A stretch of 61,076 bases of DNA, counting the filler, from Hausera hauseri (lineage: Eukaryota), in NCBI GenBank assembly GCA_046269625.1. It is 10 parts of 10 records of this genome, joined end to end, with 100 filler letters (N's around TTAATTAATTAA, not from the genome) between each part and the next. Parts side by side here need not be neighbours in the genome. Positions count along the whole stretch, not along the records: positions 21,913 to 29,695 come from JBJURY010903646.1; positions 29,796 to 36,136 come from JBJURY010110320.1; 8 more parts are not named here. The stretch is one strand, 5' to 3'. The notes under the pieces were generated by a model. That model made no database searches. It was not told the DNA's origin and worked only from the letters and a program-made list of their open reading frames with translations. The position numbers were made by a program, and so were the translations under genes. Positions 23,199 through 36,236 of the stretch are shown here, piece by piece; positions within the stretch are counted from its first letter, which is position 1, and each line of letters begins with the position of its first letter.

Positions 23199-24656
23199 TT
23201 AACTTTTTATCTTTTCTTTCTTTCTTGAATAATTAGTTATAAATAGATATCGTTTCTTGGACAGGGGCTTTTCTTCTAATTTCTGTTTCTTTATTATTGT
23301 TTCCGGCCTCGATTCTTCTTTGTGTTCTGGCAGAGATTTTGGGGTTATATTAAGCATTTTGTCTCCTTTTTTGATCGCTTGTAATACCGTTTTATTTTCC
23401 TCTTGTTCTTCCATAGGTTCTTGCACGGTGATCGTAAGACTATGGCTGCCCATCGACTGGACAATTATGATTAGAGAGTAGGGTTTGATATTCTTTCTAT
23501 ATTTGGTATCTATTAGTTCGGGCTTCAAGGAGCAGCGCAAATTGTATATGGGGTTTCTAGGGGCCCATTCATGTTCCCACTTTAATGGTTTATAAATTTC
23601 CTGCAGATATTTGGAGCGTTGGCTAGCCGTTAGAAGTCTCGGAATTCTATTCGAGTCATTGCTCATTGCTTCAATCATTAACTTAAAGAAGGGTTCTGGA
23701 GCGGTCGGTCGATTTCTTCCTTGTACGGTTCCTTCCATTCGTTCTTGGATTATTGGGTGAGTGGCCATTTCCCTAAGTCCGGCAATATTTGCATCGGATA
23801 TTTCTAGTAACTCGACTGATCGTTGCACGTTATATCCGGCAAACATACAACCTTAAAGACAATGATCCAACTCTGAGCGGACTTGTCTACTGTCTTTTCC
23901 TCTTATGAGCTGCTCTCTTTTTAAACCGGTTACTTCTTCATACGATTCTTGGACATGTTTCCGGGGGTTTATGATTGTAGAGTATATTTTGATCACATAC
24001 CTTTCTCTAATATATCCTTCGATGTGTATTTCATACCCATCATCTCCTCTACCACAATTTATCGCGATGATTCCTACGTTGCGACCATCTTGGACTAGCC
24101 TATATGACTGACGATGTTCATCCTTTTCTATCTCAGTTGGAATTTGTTCAAATTCCAGAGCTGGCAAGCGTAGGTTACAATCTTCTCTGTAGATCACTTC
24201 GAATATAAGTTTGACAGGAAGGGCTGCTACTCTAAATTCTAGGCCGTAGTCAATACGTTCTAAGCTTTGTCGGTTTATTTTAAATGTACTGAACCGGTAT
24301 TGATGCCCCTCGTTGGAGTTCCAAGGTTGGTTTTCTATTCTATAATATAGTTCTCCGTCGGCCAGGTGGATATATATGTCTTGAATTTTGGCTTGTCGGT
24401 TTCGAATTAATTCCTTTAGGGAGGATGCCTTGGCTTGATTATCTTCGCGCATTGCGTAAAGGACGACTGCGCGGTTCTCCTCCGTAATGCCCTTTAGATC
24501 ATTAGGAATTTCGCTGACTTTTGAAATTTCGATATAGGCTTTTGCTTGTAAGGCTTCGGTTATTCGCCTGTAGATAGATTTCGATTTTGGAATATATACT
24601 GTCGCTTGTTCCCGCAAATATTCGTCGATGCTAATTTGGCTATCCATACTTACCAT
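23199..24656 (-). pseudogene. Accessory ORF X, copy B (one internal stop at 23853)
   Basis: ORFs 23853-24656 and 23199-23846 are in the same frame; homologous to 20230-21812. Confidence 0.7.
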
Positions 24657-24759
24657 TCTGAAAAATAGAAAATAAGGGTCAATTCTCTAACAAAGTATTG
24701 TTCTAAATCTGAACCAATTCTTAGTTTGATGGTGGAATAACCCGATCTGTAATTGTCAG

Positions 24760-26180
24760 ATTATTCCATCATTGGTTCTCTCCTGTGGTACCATCACCCT
24801 TAATTCCCTCTCGGTGATTTTATGACGCTTATTACAACAGTTTGTGGTAATCAATCAGGAAAACGCAATAAAAGTTATGAAAGCAAACGTTGACGTCTGA
24901 ATAATCGATATTAATGACAAGGTTGTCCAATTTAGTTCGTTTTTTGTTTTAGCGGTAGACGTAGTTTTGTCCTCCGTTTTTTCGTTAATTAATGGTTTCG
25001 TTAAACCAATCTCGTTTAGGGTCCGTACTGTAAACGTTCTACTTTGTTTATTCTCTGCACCGATTTGTATTATGTAGTCTGTTCTGGATTTTAAGTAGGT
25101 ACATTTGATTCGATAGCTTCCTTTAACCAGTGTCACTTTCTATTAGTGTGTAATGTTCGACAGCTTATTTCTACGTCGTAATTCAGTGTTTCTTTGGCAA
25201 CGAACGTTATTTCATATTGTTGTGTCCAATATTTTATAGGAATCATTTCTAACTCTTTCTGAGGTAATCCAGTCGTTTGGAGGAATTTGGTGGAGGTTGA
25301 AGTAGTCATATGCGTTCTTATTGTCGTACTTCTGCTTGATCTTATTTGAGGTGGAATTCCCCAAATTGAATTTTCTAATTGATAACCTCCTAAGTAAATA
25401 CTCGACTGGTTCGGCCGAACTTCATATAGGTCTAACCGAATTTTATATTTATATCTCTGAGGTAACTTACAACACTTATTCGGCTTTTCGACGTCAATTT
25501 AACAGTACAGTTGATTATGAGCTGCTTTGTCCTCCCTTATAACTGAACTGTGATTACTCGTCCGTTAATTAACTGTCTTTTTGTATTTATTTGAATAAAA
25601 TTGTCCTTTGGGTTTTCCGTTATACTAGCTATATTTTCTTTTAGCATCCGTTTTATTGGGTCGACGGCCTGGAGAATGTCTTCTAGCTCTATATTAAGGT
25701 AGTCTCCATAACTTCGTGGTATAACTAAGTGTGCATTCAGGTTTAGTTCGGCGTGTACTTTATTATAGTTCAACAAATATGAACGATAACTGAGAGCGTA
25801 AAAGTATCCGTACTTTACGTTGCAGCAAGTTGTATCGTCTTTTGGCTCGAATTTACAATTAGACTCGGCTTGGCTTAAGAGGTCATGGAATAGTATCTGG
25901 ATTTGTCATTCATATGGTCGTGGTATCCTAAACCCGACACACGGGGTTTCCGGCGAAAAATAATCTAATTTTATTGCCCGTAAAAATTTTTCGTCTTTTT
26001 GCTCTGATTTGCGTCAGGAAGTTTTCTCCCTTGGAAGTAAAGGTTTTAACGCAATTTCCGGATTCCATATATATCGCTCAACGAAGTTTCATCGACCCAC
26101 CATTGGGCATTAGATTTGGGTGTTAGGACAGCAGTCAACGATAAGGCTACTATTATCTGTGCAAAAGATACCGGTCTGGT
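24760..26180 (-). pseudogene. Second membrane protein, copy B, fused to the integrase C-terminus
   Basis: The integrase ORF 26046-26993 runs without a stop into IIVALSLTAVL; later LKSRTDYIIQIGAEN and TM LSLISIIQTSTFAFITFIAF followed by CCNKRHK. Confidence 0.55.
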
Positions 26181-26199
26181 GACAATCGACGAGGATTTG

Positions 26200-29100
26200 G
26201 CTTCTCCCTGTCTTAAATTGTAGCGTTTAGCTGGTCTTATATCTGTTTTAACTACTCTTTGGATTGACACGACTTCCTCTTTACCATTTTTGTTAATGTA
26301 GACCGTGGTTGGCATTGTGCGGACGATTTCATATGGTCCTCTTCCGGTACGGGTTAGTTTCAAGGATGTACCTTTCTTCAAGACTGGGTAATGCATATAA
26401 ACCCAATTTCCATTTTCCAGATCATGGGGCTTAGTCTTTTTATCATATTGTTTTTTAAATTGTTCCTGGTATTCGAGTGATAATGTTTTTGCAACATCCC
26501 AACACTTTTGCAATCTTGTGTGTAAGACTTCGGCAAAGTTTTGCTCGAGATCCTCGAGGTTCTTTTCGTACGGTGTCATATCTAGATCTGTGGATAAGTT
26601 TGCCTCTCGTCCATACATCATAAAGAACGGTGTAAATCCTGTTGCTGGATGTGGTGTCGTATTGATTGCAAACTGTGTTCCTTCTAGGAATTCGTCCCAA
26701 TCCTTTCGGTCTTTGGCCACTACTGTGGATAATATTCGAACGACTGCTGCGTTCATTCTCTCGATCATTCCATTACATTGGGGGTGGTACGCGGTAGTGG
26801 TTAATCGTTCGATTTCGAATATCTTAGTAATTTCTTCGAATAATTCCCTTGTGAAATTCCTTCCTCTATCCGTTAAGATTTGTTGCGGTGGTCCGTATCT
26901 ACAAATGATTTTCCTTACCACTGCGTCGGCTAAGGTTTCTGCCTTTTGATCCAATAGTGCCACCAGTTTGACAAAATGCGTTAACCGATCCACTCATGTT
27001 AGAATATATCTGTTATTTTTGTGAGATGTAGTCAAGGGTCCCACTATATCCATAGACATAGCTTGCATAGGCCTATCTGGTACGTTTATAGGTTTTAATT
27101 CTGCTACGTAGCCTTTCGTTTTCTTTTGCTTTGTCGCGCAAACTTCGCAAGCACTTACCCAATTCTTTACATTGATATAAATGCTTGGCCAATAGTATTT
27201 ATTTAATATTCTTTCCAATGTCTTCTTCCAAGACATGTGTCCAGCTAAATCCGAATCATGTTCAGCCATGAGTACTTCAGTGAATAGTACTTTTGGAATA
27301 ACTATTAGTCTTCTTCCTTTTCGTTTGTAATATAGAATATTACCTTGATTCGATGCGCGATATTTATGTCCGTGTTTCTGTAGATGCTTTTTCAGTTGCC
27401 GTCCTTTGGGCATTTTGTCATTTTGTGCGAACTCAACAATTTGCTGAAAAACCTTATCTTTAGCTTGCTTCGCGGTGATTTTGATAGTTTTATCCAGGGT
27501 TAAAGTTCTTTGCCCTTCAATTATTTGTTCGAGTTGCGTTTTCTTCACCGTGGCAATCCCACTTGTTTTTGTTTTTAACCTTAATAGTGCGTCTGCGTCG
27601 ACGTGTTTATTACCTGGTTTGTATTGGAATTTGATGTTATATCGTGAGATTTCCTCGATCCAACGGTTTAATCTACATGTTGGGTTATTACCTCGTCCTT
27701 TCAATGTCGTAACTGCTTTGTGGTCGGTCACTATTATAATCTTTTGTCCATAGACATAGACATTAAAGTGTCGTAGTGCTTCTTTTACGGCTAACGTTTC
27801 TAGTTCGGTAACCGAATAATTCTTTTCTGCTTTCTTTAACGAGCATCCTCCATATGAAATTGGGTGTTCTAGTTCTTCGCCTTCTCGTTTCTGAGCTAAT
27901 TCATATCCTATACCTTCTTTACTTGCATCTGTTTTAATGGTGAATAGTAGGTTAAAATCAAGGTATCTTAGAACTGGTTCGCTTGCCAAAATTTTCTTCA
28001 TTTCATCGAATGCTTTCTGCTCCACTTCCGTCCATCTCCACTTAATCCCTTTCATTAATAGGCGATATAGTGTTGCGTTAATTTTCGAATTGTCTGATAC
28101 GTAAGTAGCATAATACCCACATAGGCCTAACCAATGTCTTAACTCTTTTTGATTCGGCGGTTCCGTACAATCGGATATTTTATTTAGCAGGAATTTATCC
28201 GATTTTGATCCTCCTTCTCCAACTATGTGTCAGAGGTACGATACTGCGTTCTGTGTCCATTTACATTTCTTTGGATTTAGTTTCAACCCTGCTTGGTCCA
28301 GTCGCATGAGTGTATCTTCAATGTCCCTTAAGTGTTCTTCTTCTGTTTTTGATGCTATCATTACGTCGTCTAAATATGCGAAAGCATGATCGAGTTCCAT
28401 GAGCATCTTATTCATCATTCTAGTAAAAATAGCTGGTCCTGTGGTGATACCGAAAGGCATAACATTAAATTCGTATATGCCATCGCTTGTTTTAAACGCT
28501 GTTTTATATCGATCTTCTTCTTCGATTTCCACTTTGCCAGTATCCCGACTGTAAGTCGAGAATGGTAAACCATTTCGCTCCCTATAGTCTGTCTAAAGCT
28601 TCCTTTACAGACGGTAGGGGGAACGAGTCTTTCACCATAAGCGTGTTTAATGCACCATAATCTATACAAAATCGATGTTTCGTGGTTAATTTCTTTTTAA
28701 CCATAAGTATAGGTGAGTACCATGATCGGTAGCTTGGTCGAAATATATCGGTGTTTAACATTTGCTCTACCTCTTTAGGTATTTCTGGTCTCAATGAATG
28801 GGGAGGTGGGTACCATTTTGGCATTTTTGTCATTTGAGCCGGGTTTTCTCCTTAATGGAATTGTTAATCTCAAGGCTTTTGCTCTACATATGTCTTCCTC
28901 ATTTTGTGCGATTATTGAACGGTATTTACATAGTAATTCATAAAACTTGCAATATGCCTCAGGAGAAAATTTAGTTTCAACGTGAGGTGGAAATTCAGCG
29001 CACTTGTATGGTTTTTCCTCTATTGTTACTGCCGATACTCTGCATGTGTGACCTAAAGTAGTGTTAGCGTGCAATCTTACTGGGGTTGGCGCATTGTTCA

Positions 29101-29695
29101 CTAATCTGATAGGTATGCGTCCCATCGCTACTCTACATAGGATATTGTTAAACATAAGGTTTGGATCGATATTCTTTTGAGGTTCAAAATATACTGGCAG
29201 ATCTTCGTCTTGACGAATCTGTGCGAAAATTATCATTTCGGTTCTGGGCGGAATGTCTTCGTCTACCGAAATCCATACTTCGCCCGGTTTCCTTTCCTTT
29301 ATTATTTTTGCTCCCTTGATTGGTCCAAGCTCAAGTAATTTCCCCTTATGCACATCGATTGCCATGCCTAGTATCTGTTTCAATATATCAAAACCCAGTA
29401 CTACATCGTCTGTTAACTGGTCCATTATCGCAAATTCGTGTTGAAGTTCTTGGCCAATCATATAAATGATAGGAGTCCGTTTAAATTTTGGCTTCGATAT
29501 TTGCCCAAATGCTCCTATGCTACCTGGGTCCGATGATAAGGATGGGCACAGTTGGTTCCGCAGTGTGGTTAGTATTGATTCGTATTTTCTAAACGACTTT
29601 TCTGATGCTGTGTCGATTAATGCATATACTTCCCAGTCTTCAATGTATATATTAGCGAAAGGCCTTCCTTCTACTGCTGTTCCGTAGCAATTCGA
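26200..29695 (-). pseudogene. pol: Gypsy pol, copy B
   Basis: ALIDTAS, RFCIDY, VMPFG, YLDD, TDAS, TDH, HDSDLAGH..CEVC, DIVGP, YHPQCNGMIER. Confidence 0.95.
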
Positions 29696-31499
29696 NNNNN
29701 NNNNNNNNNNNNNNNNNNNNNNNNNNNNNNNNNNNNNNNTTAATTAATTAANNNNNNNNNNNNNNNNNNNNNNNNNNNNNNNNNNNNNNNNNNNNTGGTT
29801 TATCATTGAAAATTAGTAATCCGCATAAGAGTCGAAATAAAAAGAAATATCGTGAAAAGATCGACAAAATTCGTGAACAAAACCATGGACAAGTTTCTTT
29901 GGCTACGGAATTTAGCTACCAAGAAACGTCAGAGACAATCTTTATTCAATGCGAATCAACTGCCAAGATGGAGTGTACAGCGTCATTAAAATGCGTATTC
30001 GTCTGCCGCAGTTAGAAATTGTTGAGTCTACAATCAAAAAGACATCACCAAAGCCTGCTCATCGATTGCGTCAAAAGACACTGACACCACCACCGCCCCA
30101 GAAACCGGAAAAATTGCCAAGAGAAACAAATTCAATGCGCATTTTCTGTACAAGAAAAGAAGATCGCCGTAGCAGTGCAATAGCTGTATCAACAGAAGTA
30201 AAACTAAGACGCGTTCGGCAGCTGCGGTCGCCAAGTAAAAATAAGAAAGTCGGTCCATCGGTTGTGGAAAATCGTCCACTAATACTAAAGCTTTCTTCGA
30301 AACGAGCACAGTCACCACAGTGCAAGTCCCCGCCGCCGTCCAAATCGACCGGTAGCATAAAGTTACGACTGAAGTGTACTCAGGAAATATCAACTGTGGC
30401 AATGAGGAAACAAGATTACAATGCATTCGAATACAGTTAGACCCCGATAACGTTAGCACCTCCGGTGCAGCATCGACAACGCTCCCAACATACTGTTTTA
30501 CAGTTTAGTCCGGCTCAGTCGAGTTCCGACAGTGAATCGGGTGCAGTGCACAATGAAATAAGCCGTCTTCTGCATCGTCAGGAACAGTGAGAACCACTCG
30601 AGTCGAATTCGATTGATTACGGTTGTTCATTTTCTCATCTGCCCGTTCCGTATCTAGTGGGCACCAATCCCACCGTATTCATGGATTCTCACTAGGTTTA
30701 TTTGGTAGTTGTCAAGAACGCTAGGTACAAAAAAGTGTGCAACGCCGCAGCAGATGCTCGAAAAGCGCCAGTACATGTCGTGTCTGATAATATCTCCGGC
30801 GAAATGTTCGTGCCCGGTTGTTACGTTGATCAGGAAAAAGCCAGTTTACCTTGGCATTCTTCGAGCCCATCGATTCCAGTTCTAGCTCCACAGGAACCGC
30901 ATTACAGTATTGATGAAGTAAACAAAGCAGCTAGTACGTTCGGTTATGGCCAGACTGTGTCCAACCAAAATTCTCAGCCTTACTCAGATCCACCAGACCG
31001 TGTCCAACAATCTCCGCTGTGCACGCCTGCAACGTCCCAGTTGAATCCGTATACTTCCCAATCGCCGTTCTGCCAATAACCGCAGCTACAACATGATCAG
31101 AACTACCACTATCCGTCTAGTGGAGGATACAATTACTCGTCTCAACCTACGGGCCAAATGCACCCTTCACCCGTCTGCTCTAGCGCAGCGTGTTCCACTC
31201 AACTGCAGGACTATTCATACTTTCAAAGTGGCGCACAACAATCGGTGCAGTCTCATTCTTCCTGAGATCCGTTATCATTTTTATCAATGCCGATTGCCAC
31301 CTCCAATTATCAGTCGTCCGAATCTCATGTGTCTAAATCTACCAAAAACAAACGGTCATCCAGTCTCAGTAAAAGAGGTAAGAATTCGGTTACTCCGAAA
31401 TTTGGGACCCGCCGCGGCGATGTTGAGGTCCCGGCCGCCCACCCTGCGCCAGTGGGTTAGACGGCGCCTTTCGCTGCCGTCCCACAACATGTCCCCGGG

Positions 31500-34400
31500 T
31501 ATATCACCTCTCCATATTCCATCTTTCTTTTTCTAAATAACAAATATATACACATATACAGCATTGTATTTACACACTGCAACCATTCACAACTTCATCT
31601 CTACCTTACTCCACTCCTCTGACTTCTACCTCACATACAATGGATCTGTAGTTCCTTTCGCTGAACCCTTACAACCTTCTACAACATGCGTCTGCTTTCA
31701 TATTCATTTCCGAAACGTGGTAGCATGAATTCATCACTCACAATTGATATCACGGACAAACTCACCAAACCACAGATCCCCGTCATTCATTTACCCAAAC
31801 ACAGCGCTTCAAACATCTCGACACAACACACCCTCCTTACTCATTCACCCTGCACAAAATATTTCCTCGACATCCAAAACTATACTTAAACTTGGCTAAA
31901 ACTGTACCAATTTTGGCTCCAATCACAGAACGTCGTCGACTCTATCCAAAGCCAACAGCCTCTTTTTCCACTTACCAGCTTCCATCAAAACTAAAACTAC
32001 CAATATAATCTATATCCTTCAGTACAATGACCCATATACTCAACTTTATAATGCCGTCCTCAAGCCTATCGAGCCTTCAATAGACTCCACCATTCAAAGG
32101 TTTTTCAACGATAACGCTATGGGCCTTCAGAAACCTTCTGAATTCTTACGCACATCCGTGTCTCACCTCAACACCATTGGCGTAACATCTGAGCATAGTC
32201 CAGAACTTATTCGTTGATATTTCGTAAATGCATTTCCCCTTCAAATAAGAGCTTTACTTACCGTGGTCGAAAACTCCACGGCTCTGGACAAGCTAGCCGA
32301 ACTTGCAGACAAAGCTTACGAAGTACTGCACTCACACACAACACCAATTGTCTCTGCAACATTAACAACAGCCCAACAACAACAAACTTCAATGCTGCAG
32401 CAACAAATTGCGCAATTACGCTCGGAAAATGAAAAGTTACAGAAGATAATTAACAACATAAACGAAAAATTAAATGAACTAGCGCTGCCTCGACGGGGTT
32501 TTTCTAGGGCTGCTTCCCCTAATGTATTTAATCAACATCAAAGACGGTTGCCTTCGCCCGCGCGGTCATCTACTTGCTATTATCATGTCAAATTTGGTAA
32601 CAATGCTCAGAAATGCTGCATCGGTTGCAAATTTTACTCCCCCAATTTCAATACAAGCAACATCGTTTGCATCTATCACTCAAAATTTGACACACAAGCA
32701 TACAAATGCTTATCTTGCTGTAACTACAACACAAAGTAAAACCAACAATACTAAATTCACACAACAGAGTACACCAAACTCACCAAATACAAAAAACTGA
32801 TTTCGCCGCTAGGACACATGGCAAGTCAAAGCAAAGGCAACAACCCACAAAAAGATAGCCGACACATTTCTTTTCCTGTATTCACGTTGGAAGCAGCAGT
32901 CGTCACTCCAACAAAGCAAAACATTAACTTTCTTATAGACACTGGCGCAGCAATCTCTATACTGCCACCAACAAAACACATCCAAAACAATTTCACTTCA
33001 AAAAGCAACTGTTGACTGCGTCTGGTGGACCTTTACAAATTTTTGGAGTTACAAAATTAACGTTCACTCTTCCACACTTTCCAAACACATTCACATGGAA
33101 ATTTACAATAGCCAATGTACGCACACCTATTTTGGGTTCGGACTTTCTGTCCCACTATAATTTACTTGTAGATTGCAAACGATGTTTCTTAAAGTGCATA
33201 AATAACCTTAATCAAGTTAGCAGTATTTCGGTGTCCACCCCGGCGATCGCTCCCAGCAAGTCAGTACTAAAAAAACGACTTCCGATTTGAATTATTTTTA
33301 TAATCACTCATTATACAGAAATTTTTACTACGGTGACAAATACGATATTGCCAACTGCGTGGCACCTATTACTGACAGTATTGCTGCCAACACAATCTTC
33401 AACACGAACATCCTGCACCAAATACCACCTAGTCACAACACCGTGTCTACAACTCATACCGCAACTGCATCCAGTCACGATACATCGATATCATCGGATA
33501 ACTTTTCACCGTTGCCTTCTGATTTTCAGCAATACATTTCGTCTTCCTGCACGCGTCTGTTGCAGAAGCACAAATCATTCGTATAACCTCAATCCACCTT
33601 TCATCACAGTAACAGCACATCAAAGACCAATACATCAAAAGTCCGCCCGCTATCGCCTCGACGCAGACACTCAGTGGAGGCTGACTTTCTCGAACGGGAA
33701 AAAACAGGCATAACAAGAAGATCAAAATCCTCCTGGTCTTCACTACTACATGTGGTTCCAGAAAAAGATGGCACCTTTCGCCCATGAGGTGATTACCGCC
33801 AACTCAATACCATAACAACAATGGATGCCTACCCTCTACCATTAATCAACGGTATCCTTCACAGGCTCCACGGTGCGACCATCTTTTCGTGCATTGACTT
33901 ACACAAAGCAAACCACCAAATTCCGGTGGACCCAGCAGACATTCCGAAAACGGCTGTCATTACACCTTTTGGCCTTTTCGAATACCTTTTTATGCCTTTT
34001 GGACTCCGTTGCGCCTTCCAGACCTTCCAAAGGCATGTAGATACAGTCCTATCAGGTTTAGACTTTGTCTTTCCCTATATTGATGATATCCCAATTGCAT
34101 CATCTTCCTTGAAACAACACTCTGAACACTAACGTCTAATCTTCCAGCGCTAGCACCAAAACAGTTTGCAAATTAATATCGCCAAATACTCTTTTCTTCA
34201 ACATAAGGTCAACTTCCTAGGACATGTTATTAGCTCCTCCGGACATTAACTTCAGCCAGACCTCATCACGCAGCTCAAAAACACAGCTACAACTCACATC
34301 AACAGAAATACGTTCTTTCCTCGAAACCTTGAACTTTATTCATAAGTATGTTCCACACTGTTCCACTCTCAACGCTTCATTTGCATCGCTAATTTCTGAA

Positions 34401-36136
34401 AAGAAGAAAGAGCCCATTCAATGGACCGCCAAGCTAGTCAACACTTTCGATCACCTCAAAAACAACTTAAAAACTGTAGAAATCCTGGCATATCCAGACT
34501 CACATGCAGAACTCGTCTTAACCACGGACGCATCCACAACAGCTGCAGGTGCTGTCCTCCATCAAGTCGAAAATGGATCCCGTGAGCCACTAGAATTCTT
34601 CTCGCGGAAATTCACGGCACAAAGGCAAAGATATTCCACCTTTGACCGAGAGTTGCTTGCAATGGTCCTTGCCGTAAAACACTTTAAGCATCTGCTAAGT
34701 GCACGAACTTTTACAATACAAACGGACCACAAGCCCTTGCTTCAAATTTGCACCACGAAATCGCCTTCTCCACGTCAGGAGAGGCAAATATCGTATTTGG
34801 CCACATTTAATTTTGTAATTGAGCACCTAAACCGAGTCGACAATTTAGTACCTGACGTCTTGTCCCGATCGGTCAGCTCGATTGATTTCACACAAATTTT
34901 TCCTCAATCCAAACTTTAACAAAACCAGCAACCTCCTGGCATTCTTAAATCTTTTAAATCGTGCAAAACCATCGACGGTGTGGCCTATGACACTTCCAAT
35001 TCTAAAAATCCTAAAGTCATCCTTTCTGCATCGCTTCAAAAAGAAGAATTCAACAACATTCATTCGTTGCATCACCCCGGTGTCAAGGCCACTTTTCACC
35101 CTTTACAACGCCAAGTAGTATGGTCGTCGATGCGCTCTGACGTGCAGGCATGGGTTAGGCAGTGTGCAGCATGCCAAAAATACAAAGTTACTAAGCACTT
35201 AGCCGCCACTATATCATTTTCCCTGCACGACTCGCTTTGAATCTCTTCGCACTGACCTTGTAGGCCCACTACCCTTAGACAACGGCCATCAGTTCATCCT
35301 CACAATGATGGACCGTTCTTCGCGATGACCAGAGGTTGTCCCGCTTCGCAGCACCAACAAAGATACCATCGCAGACGTTTTCATCCGCACTTGGATCAGC
35401 AGGTTTGGATCACCTCGTCACATCATTTCGGACCAAGGTCCACAGTTCGAATCCAACCTGTTTAAAGCTCTTGTCAATCCATTGGGAATTAACCACATTT
35501 ACACGTCACCATATCATCCCCAATTGAATGGCCTTCTCGAACGCTTTCACCGAACGATGAAAACTTCTCTCAAAATCCTTGCTGAGTCCAATCACAGTTG
35601 GACTACACTCCTTCCGTACGTTCTGCTTGGCTGGCGGAACACCATCTACTTCTACAGGCTGTTCACTTGCAGAAGCATAATTTGGAACTTTCATCAGATC
35701 ATTATTCGAGCTGACTGAGCTGGACAATACTCTTACAGACGAAACTATAGAGGCGGCACAGAAACACTTCGTTGACATCAGCAAAGACTCATTTTGCAGA
35801 TTGTTACACGCAAATAAACCTTACATACCCCACGATTTATATACTGCCAAGTTAGTTTGGCTAAAGAATCAGACGCTGTGTGGTTTTCAATCTTAGTATG
35901 TTGGCTCTTACAAAGTAATTCGTTTACACTCCCACAACATCATCATTCTCAAAGACGACAAAGACGTAACAGTTCACATCAACAACGCTAAGCCGGCCTT
36001 CTTCATCGACGATACGTCTCCCATCGAAGCCACTTCTCCGCCAGCATCTTTACACGACGCGCAGCAATCCAACAATTCACCTTCCATCTCTGCTCAATTT
36101 CTTAATCCACTTTCCCCTACGTTTTCTCCCAAAACT
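31500..36136 (+). mobile_element. Small Ty3/Gypsy element (Ubl-gag-pol), copy 1, decayed
   Basis: Gag QKPSEFL, LDKLAELADK, two CxYH..C..C boxes; PR FLIDTGAAIS and ILGSDFL; RT DAYPLP, MPFGL, YIDD; RH TTDAS, TDHKPL; IN YHPQLNGLLERFHR. Confidence 0.9.
32791..32800 (+). promoter_or_regulatory. Putative -1 ribosomal frameshift site AAAAAAC plus stop at the gag/pol junction (also 44725-44734 +, 39737-39746 -, 57734-57743 -)
   Basis: The same heptamer followed directly by TGA or TAA occurs between the Cys-His boxes and the protease in all four copies. Confidence 0.65.
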
Positions 36137-36236
36137 NNNNNNNNNNNNNNNNNNNNNNNNNNNNNNNNNNNNNNNNNNNNTTAATTAATTAANNNNNNNN
36201 NNNNNNNNNNNNNNNNNNNNNNNNNNNNNNNNNNNN

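Larger units (their letters stand above)
21913..29695 (-). mobile_element. Large Ty3/Gypsy element, copy B: PR through 3' LTR
   Basis: pol is clearly homologous to copy A, followed by the same membrane protein and ORF X, then RING ORF, PPT and LTR start. Confidence 0.9.

Noticed and set aside
29949-31450. Ser/Pro/Gln-rich broken ORFs upstream of Gypsy copy 1
   Set aside because: No recognisable domain; cannot tell a host gene relic from another element.
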